Source of the DNA: an uncultured Acidobacteriota bacterium | Lineage (GTDB): Bacteria; Acidobacteriota; Terriglobia; Acidiferrales; UBA7541 | Assembly: GCA_963698145.1 (NCBI GenBank) | Contig: CAVOPQ010000001.1 | Span: forward strand, 283,385 to 347,384 | Reading direction: 5' to 3' | Length of the DNA stretch: 64,000 bases | Shown here: positions 1 to 11,602 of the stretch, in pieces | Numbering within the stretch: position 1 is the stretch's first letter | Layout of the letters: each line of letters opens with the position of its first letter | The notes under the pieces: generated by a model | What the model was told of the DNA's origin: nothing | Database searches by the model: none | What the model saw: the letters and a program-made list of their open reading frames with translations, nothing else | Translations under genes and position numbers: made by a program

Positions 1-2
1 GA

Positions 3-368
3 AGTCTTGGAGCCGTCCTCGACGCCACTTGGAAAGCTCCCGCACCCAATGGCTACAACGGAGAAATCGCGAACACGGTTGACGACGTCGTTCTGTATGA
101 CCTTATGGTGCTTTCCGCCAATGACCATGCCAGTGATGCCGTCCGCGCCGTCGCCTCACTGAAACTCCGCGAATTGAAGGACTGGCTTAACGCCCCGAGC
201 TGCAGGATGGAGTATGCTCCGATCAGCGCACATCTCATATTCGCTGCAAGGCAGATCGAGCTGTTTGAGAAAGATCCCAAGCGCATCGACCTCACCGCAC
301 CCGTTGAGCCGCCCGACGGTCCGCCCATCGGAAGCATGGGCACGTTGGATTGTGACTGGCAGCCGTAA
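3..368 (+). CDS. C-terminal fragment of a probable Met-zincin (DUF4953-type) zinc metalloprotease; 5' end outside window
   Basis: Frame open from base 3 (LDATWKAP...TVDDVVLYDLM...EPPDGPPIG), resembling the C-terminus of this family; catalytic motif not in window. Confidence 0.5.
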   Translation, partial: SLGAVLDATWKAPAPNGYNGEIANTVDDVVLYDLMVLSANDHASDAVRAVASLKLRELKDWLNAPSCRMEYAPISAHLIFAARQIELFEKDPKRIDLTAPVEPPDGPPIGSMGTLDCDWQP

Positions 369-369
369 T

Positions 370-1702
370 TTATTGAGAAGTCGCCGCTCGAGATTTCCTG
401 CGGCTCAATTGCGCGAAGACATCTTCGCGGAATTTTTTCACTTCGACAAAGGCGATCCCGTTCACGCCGCTGCACGCCAGCCACAAATTGCCCTCGGGAG
501 TGGACACCATGTTGCGCACCACGCCTCCGCCTGACGGGATGATCCACGTTTGGAATTTCTCCGTTTTGGGGTCAAATCGCACCACGGTATTCGGCTTGGT
601 GTTCGATTCGCTGTACCAGATGATGTCTCCGACAGCAGTAATGCCATAGGGTCTGGACCGCGGCCCTCCAGGAGATGCCCACTCGGAAATCTTGCCCGTC
701 TTCGGATCGAGCCGCCCCAGATAGCCGCGCGAATAATCGGAATACCAAATCACATCGTCCGGAGTAATGGCTACGCGCCGGGGACGCGAATCCACATGCG
801 GCAACACGTATTCGTGAATGGCCAGCGTATCGGGATCAAGGCTGGCCACCTTGTTGCTCCCAAACTCGACGAAGAATGGAACGCCTTTCGAATTCACCAC
901 CATGCCGTAGGGATTCGACTTCGGCGTCGGCGAACTGACGACCTTAACTTCCCCCGTCTTCGGGTTTAGCCTCCCCACCATGTTCCCGCCTTGCACCGTA
1001 AAATAAATGTTTCCATTCGGCGCAAAGAGAACGTGTGTGCGGATCTGCGCGCATTGCGGATCCGGCATCGGATATTCGGTCACCTTGCCCGTCTTTGGAT
1101 CGAGCTTGCCGATGTACGCCTTGAAATTTGCGGTGAACCAGATGTTCCCGTCTTTATCCGGCACGAGCCCATGAGGACCTGAGGATGGCGTCTTCAAGGG
1201 AAACTCCTTAAATTGCTGCGTCTTGGATCGAAGCGACCCAAGCACATTCGCCATCTGCCCGGTGTACCAGACCGAGCCATCCGGCGCGAATGCGGGATCG
1301 TGCGGTCTCGACCCGGGCGTTGGCACCTGCCATTCCTTGATGGAAACCTCGACGCTTCCTGGAATCACTACTGCCTCAGGCGCCGGTTTTTCCGGGAAAT
1401 TTTTGACTAGATAGTCCGTTACGGTTGCGATCTGGTCTTTCGGCACGGGCGCCCTGCGTTCACCATCATGTTCACGACCGATGTCCACTCTGCTTGTTGT
1501 GTCCGGCGTTCGTCACCGTGGTCAGCGCGTGGCACGAACCGCATGCCTTCTGAACGGTTTCTTTCCCGTTCCCGTCGGGCAATTGCGGCGAGGTCTGCCT
1601 CCAGCCGGATTGAGCACACCAAACAAGCGCAGCCACCACTAGAACCAGCGTCGGTCGCTCTGGTGATGCTAGATGCCTCTGGTTTAGCAGTTTGACCGGC
1701 AT
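370..1702 (-). CDS. Secreted cytochrome c / Vgb (virginiamycin B lyase-like) beta-propeller fusion, frameshifted near 1460-1500
   Basis: ORF 1472..1741 gives a signal-like segment and CGSCH heme motif; ORF 370..1488 gives repeated Vgb blades (PHDPAFAPDGSVWYT, PHGLVPDKDGNIWFT, PRRVAITPDDVIWYS). Confidence 0.8.
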
Positions 1703-1924
1703 CCTAGTCTCTTGCCCTGGGTGGCAACTTGATTTGCGCATCGGTGTCTCCCGTTTTAGCGTTCTTTCGCTGGTAATCTACGCCCGTCGAGTCCCTGATG
1801 CAATCTGCGAGAAGGTAACTCCTTTCAAATCAGAAGGAAGTGTTCTTTTGCCTGCGCGGGCGAGCGAAAGCAAGGTGTCTGTGAAGCGAGTCTCCTTCAG
1901 GCCAGACTTGGTCATGAATTCATC

Positions 1925-1950
1925 AAACCGATGGAGGTCTTGTTCGTCTA
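1925..1950 (+). promoter_or_regulatory. Putative ECF sigma factor promoter
   Basis: AAAC-N16-CGTCTA directly upstream of the GGAGG RBS and ATG 1972. Confidence 0.5.
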
Positions 1951-1971
1951 TGTAGCAGGGAGGGTTTGTCC

Positions 1972-3099
1972 ATGAAATCGCGCTTTAGGGTTCTTCTGCT
2001 TCTTGTGACTGTGGCCTGCGGATTCTGCGTCACTGTCTGTTACGCTGGAGCCCAGGACGCCCCATGCTCCAACCCCGCCGGCGCCTCCATCCATTGTCCC
2101 AGCGGTCCCACCTTTGCCGCCGAGCGCTCCATTCTACGCAGCGGTGCCCGCCCAGCCTGCCGCTCCGGCGGCCCCAGCAATGCCCTCCATGCCCGCAATG
2201 CCGGCCATTCCTGCTGTTCCGGCGAGCCCTGCGGAGCCCGCTTGGCCCGATTGGGATCATCGTCACTCGGTGAGCATATCCGACGGACATCATCAGCCCG
2301 CAACGGATTGCTCCGACTTGCGGATTCGCTTCGATGACCGCGACGCCGTCGTGAAATCGGAAGAGCGGACACTCACGAAGGCCGAGGCCCCAACTTTGCG
2401 GGTTCATCCGCACACGAACGGCGGTGTTCAGGTAGAGGGCTGGGATAAGGACGTCTACTCGGTAACGGCTTGCAAGGCTGCTGCAAACTACGACGGAAAC
2501 GCCGAGCGGCTTCTCTCGCAAATGAAGCTTTCCGTTCAGAACGGAGAGGTCTCGACCACCGGCCCGAGCGATGAGAACGATTGGACCGTGTACCTGCTCA
2601 TTCGCGCACCGAAAGCCTCCGTCATTGACCTCGAGACCGCCAATGGGCCGCTTTCCCTCTATAGCGTGGACGGCAAATTGACCGCGCGCGCCACAAACGG
2701 TCCCATCACTTTGCGTGATTTTTCTGGTGACGCCGATGATCCGGGCTTCGAACGGCCCTATCACCATCTCCGGAAGCAGCGGCAACGTGCGCGTCTATAC
2801 GGAGAATGGCCCGATCTCCATCAATCTGAAAGGGCAGACCTGGAGCGGAGCGGGTTTAACGGCCGATGCGCAGAACGGTCCGCTGACGCTTTCCGTCCCG
2901 TCTGACTACAAGTCAAGCTTCAGCGTGGAATCGCGGAATTATTCGCCGATGAGTTGCCGGGCGAGCATTTGCGATAACGCTCGGAAGACTTGGGACGACA
3001 ACAATCGCCGCATCGAATTTGGCGGCTTCTCCGGCGTTGATCCGTCTTTCGACCGTGAACGGCCCTGTTTCTGTACGGTCATCGCGCGAGGAGATGTAA
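1972..3099 (+). CDS. Secreted DUF4097/adhesin-like beta-strand repeat protein, frameshifted
   Basis: Signal peptide, Pro/Ala linker, repeated (T/S/E/Q)NGP(I/L)(S/T) motifs across ORFs 1966, 2114 and 2715. Confidence 0.7.
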
Positions 3100-3224
3100 T
3101 ACATCCTACTTATTCCAAGCGCACCCTAAGGTCTCGCTAGCTCGGCACGCGCGTCTCACGCTACTCGCAGAGCGCATCCCGCAAGTATGGACGCGCTCTA
3201 GCCCTTGCAGATAAGATTCAGCGC

Positions 3225-6200
3225 ATGATTCCCGAAGCGCGCGTGGCCCAACCGGTCACCGAGTCGGAGGCTGCGCAGCTGGCGCGCAAAATTTTCTCTC
3301 TGGATGTCTCCGCACAGTCCCTGCCCGGCGAATACGACGACAATTTTCATCTGACTTCAGCCGACGGACATGAATTTGTCCTGAAAGTCATGCATCCCGC
3401 GAGGAGAGCAATCCTTCGTTGAGATGCAGTGCCAGGCGCTGCAATATTTGGCCAAAGCGCGCTACCCATCTTTCGCTCCCACGCGTGTGCCCAACGTCGA
3501 GCGGCGAGAACTTCACACTTGCGACACTCGCGGATGGAACGAAGCGCCTTCTCTGGCTGCTGACTTATGTTTCCGGAACGGTACTCGCCGAAGTAAATCC
3601 TCACTAGCCAGGATTTGTTGCGCAGTCTCGGCCGATTTCTCGGCGAGATGGATGCCGCGCTGGCGGATTTTTCTCATCCGGCGACACACCGCGAATTGAA
3701 ATGGGACCTCTCCCGCGCCGCGTGGATTCGAGAACTATCTGCGGCACATCGGGGATTCGAAGCGGCGCGCACTCGTCGAGCGGTTTCTTGGGTTCTACCA
3801 ATCGGAAGTGGTTCCCGCACTGCCTTCATTGCGCCGTAGCGTCATCTATGGCGACGCCAATGATTACAACGTGTTGGTAAGTTCGCCCTGGCCGCCACCG
3901 CGAAAAGTAGCCAGCGTGATCGATTTTGGGGACATGCACCACGGTCTCACAGTCTCTGAGGTCGCGATTGCCGCTGCGTATGCAATGCTTGGCGATAAAG
4001 ACCCACTCTCGGCAGCGAGCGCCGTAGTCGCGGGCTATCACACTGCTTTTCCGCTCACAGAAATTGAGATATCCCTTCTGCACGTACTCATCGGGATGCG
4101 ACTCGCAGTCAGCGTTACAAATTCCGCGTATCGTAAATCGCTTGTCCCCGATGATCCCTACGTGACGATAAGCGAGGCTCCCGCATGGGAAGCGCTCGAA
4201 AAGTGGCGTCAGGTGCACTCGCGATTCGCGCACTATACATTTCGTGATGCTTGTGGTTTGCAAGCGTTGCCGCACGGACGAAAAAGTGCAACGCTGGCTT
4301 GATTCCAACGCGAGCAGCGCGGCCTCAATTTTCGAGGTGGATTTGTGCAACGGCTCCAAGCGTCGTCTTTGATTTGAGCGTCGGCAGCAGATTTCTTGGG
4401 CGCTGATCCCCGCGCCGCGGAGACTGCCAACCTCACCGAGGTGATCATCCGCACAATGAAGAGCGCAAATGCCTCCGTAGGGATCGGCCGCTACAACGAA
4501 GCGCGGCTGCTCTACACTTCGCCTCTTTTTGGTTCAAGCGAGAATCCGACAGATGAGCGGCGCACCATTCATCTGGGCATCGATCTTTTCGCCGAAACCG
4601 GCACGCCGATCCACGCGCCTCTCGATGCCATCGTTCACGCCGTCGCCATCAATGCCGCGCCGCTGGACTACGGTCCACTCGTGATTCTTCGCCACACGAC
4701 CGGTGACGACTTGGAATTTTTCACGCTCTACGGCCACCTTGCCCGAGAACCTTTGACGCGCTTCAAGTCGGCCAGCGCATCGCGCGCGGCCAGCAATTCG
4801 CCCGCATCGGTGACACCAACGAAAACGGCGGCTGGGCGCCTCACCTGCATTTCCAAATCATCCTCGACTTGCTGGATCTGGGCGCTGATTTTCCCGGCGT
4901 TGCTTACGCGTCGCAGCGCGGCGTATGGACTTCTCTATCCCCTGATCCGAATTTGCTTCTAGCAATTCCTCCCGAGCGTTTCCCGCAGCCAGAGCCAGAT
5001 TCCGCTGGAACTCTTTCTGCTCGCCGCGAACTATTAGGAAAAAATCTCAGCATTTCGTATCAACAACCTCTCAAGATTGTGCGCGGATGGATGCAATATC
5101 TTTACGACGACACTGGCCGCGCCTTTCTCGACGTCTACAACAATGTCCCGCTCGTCGGGCATAGCCATCCGCGCGTGGTGCGGGCCGTGCAAGAGCAGAT
5201 CGCTCTCCTCAATACAAACACCCGCTACCTTCACGATAACCTCAACCGCTACGCCCAGCGCCTAACCCGTCTTCTGCCCGAACCATTGCGCGTCTGCTAC
5301 TTCGTAAATTCTGGAAGCGAGGCCAACGAACTTGCGCTGCGGCTGGCGCGCACCCACACCGGCCGCGAAGACGTGATTGTTCTCGAACACGCCTACCACG
5401 GCCACACGACCACGCTCATCGATATCAGCCCCTACAAATTCAACGGTCCTGGCGGTCGCGGCCGCAAGCCGTGGGTTCACGTGGCCCCCATCCCCGATGA
5501 TTATCGCGGTCCCTATCGCCGCGACGATCCTCAAGCCGGAGCAAAATACGCGCAGCAAGTTGCGGAGACATTGGAGAAGGCGCGCGCGGAAGGCCGAAGC
5601 GTGGCAGCGTACATCGCCGAAACCCTGCCGAGCGTCGCCGGCCAGATCGTTTTTCCGCAGGGATATCTCGCCGCAACTTACAAACACATCCGTGCCGCAG
5701 GCGGAGTATGCATTGCGGACGAAGTGCAAGTCGGCTTCGGCCGCCTCGGCACGCACTTCTGGGGATTCGAAACGCAGGGCGTTGTTCCCGATATCGTCGT
5801 ACTCGGAAAACCAATTGGCAACGCTTTTCCTCTCGCCGCAGTCGTCACCACTCCAGAAATCGCCGCCAGTTTCGACAACGGTATGGAATTCTTTAGCACG
5901 TTTGGAGGCAATCCCGTGGCGTGCGCCGCGGGACTTGCTGTTCTGGACGTGCTCGAAACGGAGCATCTGCAGGAAAACGCTTTTCAAGTCGGGACGCTAT
6001 CTCATCGCGCGCCTTAAGGCTCTGCAAGAGAAATACGCGCTGCTCGGAGATGTGCGAGGCTCAGGGTTGTTCCTGGGACTGGATTTGGTGCTCAATCGCA
6101 GAGACCCGCGACCCCGCGCCCAAGCAAGCCTACTTACGTCGTCAATCGCCTGCGCGAGCGCGGAATCCTTACAGGGACGGATGGCCCGCATCACAACGTC

Positions 6201-6305
6201 ATCAAGCTTCGCCCTCCGCTGATTTTTTCGAAAGCCGACGCGGACCTCTTTGTCGCTACGCTCGAAGAAATCCTGAGGGAGGATGCCGCCCAACCCGGCG
6301 CCTGA
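3225..6305 (+). CDS. Fusion of aminoglycoside-phosphotransferase-like kinase, M23 peptidase-like domain and class-III PLP aminotransferase/phospholyase; several frameshifts
   Basis: Kinase motifs GDANDYN and IDFGD; M23 motifs HLGID and LYGHL; class-III motifs [27 protein letters not shown] and STFGGNP. Confidence 0.85.
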
Positions 6306-6406
6306 CCTGAAGGATGCCTGCATTCTTAAGTAGTTCGAAAAGTATTGAAGTTCGGAAAACAGCGGGTAGCCCACGACAAACACTGTCTATTTATATCAAT
6401 TATTAG

Positions 6407-6436
6407 TTGACAATCCAGTTATCTTACGCTTAGGCT
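6407..6436 (+). promoter_or_regulatory. Putative sigma70 promoter of dprA
   Basis: TTGACA-18bp-TAGGCT with an AT-rich upstream tract. Confidence 0.45.
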
Positions 6437-6445
6437 TGGCACGCG

Positions 6446-7574
6446 ATGGAGCTAGATTCCTCCCTCTCCTGGCTCGCGCTGGCGCTCACGCCCGGCCTGG
6501 CCTCCCGTCTGTCTGCGCGCTTGCTAAAGCGTTTTGGTTCACCCGACGCGGTTTTTCGCGCGCCGCTCGCCGAGCTCGAAGGATGCCGCCTGCCTGCTCC
6601 GGTCGCGCAGGCGGTCTTCAAGAAGGAATCGTTCAAGCGCGCGGAAAAAGAATTGAAGGCCGCCGGAAACATCGATCGGTGCCGTCTTGGTCAACTGGAC
6701 CGAACCCGAGTACCCACAAACGCTTTTGCAGATTTACGATCCGCCGGTCTTGCTCTACGTTCGCGGTGACGCGGAAGTCCTGAATCTTCCATGCCTCAGC
6801 ATTGTGGGAACCAGGCGGCCGACTCTGTATGGCACGCAGATGGCGGAGCGTCTCGGCCGCGATCTGGCCGCGCGAGGACTCGTGATCGTGAGCGGCATGG
6901 CGCGCGGCATCGATGCCATTGGGCATCAGGGCGCCATGGCCGCCAGCGGCAGAGCTATTGGAGTCCTCGGGACGGGAATCGACGTCTGCTATCCGAAAGA
7001 AAACAAAAAACTTTATGAAAAGGTCTTGGAGCGCGGCGCCATCATCAGCGAATTCCCCTTGCGCACTCATCCCGCACCGGAAAATTTTCCGGTTCGGAAC
7101 CGCATTGTCGCCGGAATGCCGCTCGGAGTAATCGTCGTCGAAGGGGCCCAGTACAGCGGCTCGCTGATTACCGCGCGGCTAGCTATGGAATTTGGCCGCG
7201 AAGTCTTCGGCGTGCCCGGAAACGTCACGCAGCCCGTCAGCTTCGCCCCGAACCAACTGATCAAGCAGGGCGCAAAACTTGTCACAAACGCGGAAGATGT
7301 GATCGAAGAGCTGCCGACGCCCGTGCGCGCCGCATTGGTGAAAGCCGAACAGCCGGAAGCCGAGCAAAGGAATCTGCTCCTCGCGGCGTCCCTGAATCCC
7401 TCCGAAAAAAAGCTCTACGAGCTGCTCAGCGCTGAAGAATCCAAACACATTGATGACATCGTGGAACGATCGGGCTTGAACTCTTCCGAAGTTCTAGCTA
7501 CGCTTTTTGATCTGGAAATGAAAGGCATCGTGCGGCAGTCTCCAGGGAAGCAGTTCAGTAAAGTATTGCTGTGA
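6446..7574 (+). CDS. dprA: DNA-processing protein DprA, frameshift near 6680
   Basis: IVGTRRPT, VSGMARGID, FPVRNRIVAG and SGSLITA motifs; directly upstream of topA. Confidence 0.95.
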
Positions 7575-7731
7575 AAGCGGATAGAGCGAGAATCGCCAGT
7601 CCCTGGTCCTGCATCTAAAGCGTGTAAGTATCCCAAAGGCTGATAGCAGCATCTAGTCCTAAGTTAGCGAGAAGGACACACGCCGCGTTGTCAGGCCTTC
7701 CAGCAGAACAGTACGGGGTTACAAAGACAAG

Positions 7732-10427
7732 ATGGCACGTTCACTGGTGATCGTCGAGTCGCCGGCAAAGGCGAAGACGATCAATAAGTATCTGGGCCGG
7801 AATTACACCGTCAAAGCTTCCGTCGGCCACGTGATGGACCTGCCGAAGAAGACGATCGGCATCCGTCTGCCCGGCGAAGAAGAAAACAACGGAAAGAAAA
7901 AGAACGCGCGCGAAGAAGGGAAGCAAGAAGGCCAAGGAAGCCGGTCCGTCCACCCGATGACGCTGGACGACGAAAAGATTTTCGAGCCGACGCTGCAGAT
8001 CATCGCGGGCAAGGGCAAGGTCATCAACGATCTGCGCAAAGCGGCCAACTCCGCCGACGCCGTCTATCTGGCGGGCGACCCGGACCGCGAAGGAGAGGCG
8101 ATCTCCGCGCACCTGGCCATGGTGCTGGCCAAGCCTCCAAGTTCGCCGAGCAGGAGCCCAGCGTCTCGCGCTTCAAGAAAAAGGACGCCAAAGCCGAAGC
8201 CGTCGAAGAAGCCAGTAAAGGAAGAGCCCAAGAAAGAGATTCCGGCAACCGATCCGAAGAAGATTTTCCGCGTTACCTTCAACGAGATTACGCCCAAGGC
8301 GATTCGCGCGGCGTTCGAGCATCCCCGGCAGGTGGACACCAACCTGGTGGATGCGCAGCAGGCCCGCCGCGTGCTGGACCGCATCGTGGGCTACAAGATT
8401 TCTCCGCTGCTGTGGAACAAGGTGCGCCGCGGGCTTTCCGCGGGGCGCGTGCAGACCGTGGCGCTGCGGCTGATCGTCGAGCGCGAACAGGAAATCCGCG
8501 CGTTCGTGCCGCAGGAATACTGGACGATCCACGCGATGCTGGATGCCGGGCAGCCGCCGCTGTTCGAAGCCAAGCTGTTCAAGTACAAGGGCGAGGACAT
8601 CGAAGTTCACAACCAGGAAGCCGCGGACAAAGTCGTTGCCGCGGTGAGCAAGGCCAAGTGGCAGGTCGCCAGCGTCACGCAAAAGGAAAAGAGGCGCAAC
8701 CCGCCGCCGCCGTTCACGACTTCGAAACTGCAGCAGGCCGCCTACAACCGCCTGCGCTATACGGCCAAGCGCACCATGTCGCTGGCGCAGCGACTCTATG
8801 AAGGCGTGGAGCTGGGCGAAGAAGGTTCGGTCGCGCTGATCACCTACATGCGCACCGATTCGGTGAACGTCTCGAACGACGCGCTGGCGCAGGTGCGCGA
8901 GCTGATTCCGGAGCGTTTCGGCGCGAGCTATCTGCCCGAGAAGCCCAATTTCTACAAGTCCAAGAAAGACGCGCAGGAAGCGCACGAAGCCGTGCGTCCG
9001 ACGGACGTCATGCGCGCGCCGGAAGACGTGCGCAAGTATCTGGACGACGATCTCTTCAAGCTCTACCAGCTGATCTGGCAGCGCTTCGTGGCTTCGCAGA
9101 TGCTGCCGGCGATTTTCGATCAGACGACGATCGACATCAGCGCGGGCGATTACACGTTCCGCGCCACCGGTTCGGTGCAGAAATTCGACGGCTACCTGCG
9201 CGTCTACCAGACTGCCGGCCTCCAACGCCGACCGCGAAGACGACGAAAAAGACGACGAAGGCGAGGGCAACGCGCTGCCGCAAGTCACCGAAGGCCAGAT
9301 CGCTGCGCCTCGATAAGATTCGTCCCGACCAGCATTTCACCGAGCCGCCGCCGCGCTATAACGACGCGACGCTGGTGAAAGAACTGGAAGAAAAGGGCAT
9401 CGGCCGGCCGTCCACCTACGCCTCGATCATCTCCACCATCGTCGAGCGCGAGTACGTCACAAAGGATCAGGGCCGCTTTTCGCCGACCATGCTGGGCGAA
9501 CGCGTCAGCGTGCTGCTGGTGAAAAGCTTCGAGGATATTTTCGACGTGACCTTCACCGCGCGCCTGGAAGAAGAGCTCGACGAGATCGAGGAAGGCAAGC
9601 TGCCCTGGCGCGAGGCGGTGAAGGAGTTCTGGGAGAAAGTTCGTCGTTGATCTGGATCGCGCCGACGACGAAATGCTCTCCTACAAGGCGGGCATCCCCA
9701 CGGGCAAGAAGTGCGAAAAGTGCGGCCAGGGCGAACTGCTCGAACGCATCAGCCGCCACGGCTTTTTCCTGGGCTGCTCGCGCTATCCGGATTGCGATTT
9801 CATCCAGGACCTCTCGCCCGAGCTCCCGCGGACACCGGGCGAGCCCAAGATCGAGTATTGCGACAATTGCGGCAAAGAGATGGTCATCAAGCGCGGCCGC
9901 TTCGGCGTCTTCCTGGCCTGCAAGGGCTATCCGGATTGCAAGACCACGCGCCGCCTTGTGGAGGGCACGCGCGTGGCGCGCCAGCCCGATGAGCCGCTGG
10001 ACGAAAAGTGCCCCGACTGCGGCGACGGCACTGGTGAGGCGGCACGGCCGCTTCGGCGAATTCATCGGCTGCATCGGCCTATCCGAAGTGCAAGTACATC
10101 GCGCCCCAAGACGCTGGGCATCGCCTGTCCCAAGTGCGACGAGGGCGAATTGTCCGCCGCGGCAGCGCCGGCAAAGGCGGCCGCGGCCGTCCGCGCATCT
10201 TCTACGGCTGCAATCGCTATCCGGAGTGCGATTTCACCACGCCGTACCAGCCCATCGCCGAGCCCTGCCCGAAGTGCGGCGCGCCGTTTATCGTGGAGAA
10301 GCGCACCAAGATTGGCATGGTCCGCGCCTGCTTGAAGGAAGGCTGCGATTGGGAGAAACTTGCTCCGGAAGAGCCGCCACAGGTTCAGCCCGAAGAAGAA
10401 GCCGCGCCCGTCGGCGCAAAGCCGTAG
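7732..10427 (+). CDS. topA: DNA topoisomerase I, several frameshifts
   Basis: LVIVESPAKAKTI, DPDREGE, SAGRVQ, ITYMRTD, GIGRPSTYA; C-terminal zinc ribbons. Confidence 0.97.
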
Positions 10428-10473
10428 TTTATTCTCGACAGAACAGCAGGTTCTGAAGCATCCTCGGCAAAGA

Positions 10474-11494
10474 ATGAAAACGGCCATCGGCAAATACCTC
10501 GAATATCTGCGCGCAGTGAAGAATTCTTCGCCGCACACGATCTCAAATTACGGCAAGGACCTTAATCAATTCGTGGCCTTTCTCTCGCCGCCCGGTTTGG
10601 AGCCGCCTGCGCTCAGCGGCATCACGCACAACACCATTCGCGAATTCGTCGGCTATTTGCACGACCAGGGACTCCAGAAAAGTTCCATCGCGCGCAAACT
10701 GGCCGCGCTTCGTTCCTTTTTCAAATACTGCGTCCGCGAAGGCCGCCTGAAGGAAAATCCCGCCCGCCTCGTGCCGACTCCCAAGTTGCCCAAACGCATT
10801 CCTTCCGTGCTCTCGGCCGAGGAGATGAACGGCTTTCTGAATCAGCTCGCGCAGATGGGGCCGTCTTCAAGCATCGGTGGCACAATCTCCAAAAAACGAG
10901 CGCCGGCCCGCGGCAAAGACTTCTCCACATCGCCTTGCCAAGCTGGAGGACGAAGGTCTCCTGCTTCGCCGCGACCGCGCTTTGCTCGAATTACTGTACG
11001 CCGCGGGGCTTCGCGTCAGCGAACTCACCGGCCTCAACCTCGCCGACATCGACCAAAAAGAGCGCATGCTTCGCGTCCGCGGCAAGGGCGACAAGGAACG
11101 CATCGTCCCGTACGGTTCGAAAGCCCAGGAAGCGCTCGAAAAGTATTGGCCTCTTCGCGAGCAATTGTTCCTGCAAGCTTCGAGCAGCCGCAGCCGTCAC
11201 CGCAACGCGCCCCACACCGAGGCCGTGTTCCTCAATTACGCCGGCCGTCGCCTCACGCAACGCTCCGTCGGCCGCATCGTCAAGAAATACGTCCGCCTCG
11301 TCAACGTGAATTGGGACTTGCATCCGCACTCGCTCCGCCACGCCTTTGCAACGCATCTCCTCGCCGACGGCGCCGACCTGCGCGCCATTCAAGAACTCCT
11401 CGGCCACCAATCCCTCTCCACCACCCAAAAATACACCCACGCCTCCATCCGCCAGCTGATGGACATCTACGACAAGTCCCATCCCCACGCCTAG
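10474..11494 (+). CDS. xerC: Tyrosine recombinase XerC, frameshift near 10880
   Basis: GLRVSEL, GKGDKER, HPHSLRHAFATH, LGHQSLSTTQKYTH; follows dprA-topA. Confidence 0.9.
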
Positions 11495-11540
11495 CTTGGG
11501 ACGACAGGCAGAATTTCTCGTTTGAGCCTTCCTGGAAATC

Positions 11541-11572
11541 AAAACGGGCGCCCCGGTCAACCGAGGCGCCCG
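11541..11572 (-). terminator. Intrinsic terminator between convergent xerC and TonB receptor genes
   Basis: CGGGCGCC...GGCGCCCG stem followed by TTTT on the minus strand. Confidence 0.65.
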
Positions 11573-11602
11573 CTGAAGTCGTAGGTTATGTAGTGTGCTG
11601 CG

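Noticed and set aside
8173-9288. Long antisense ORFs (also 31307..32374, 40236..41165, 47141..48370, 59219..59860)
   Set aside because: Shadows of well-supported genes in GC-rich DNA, with no motifs of their own
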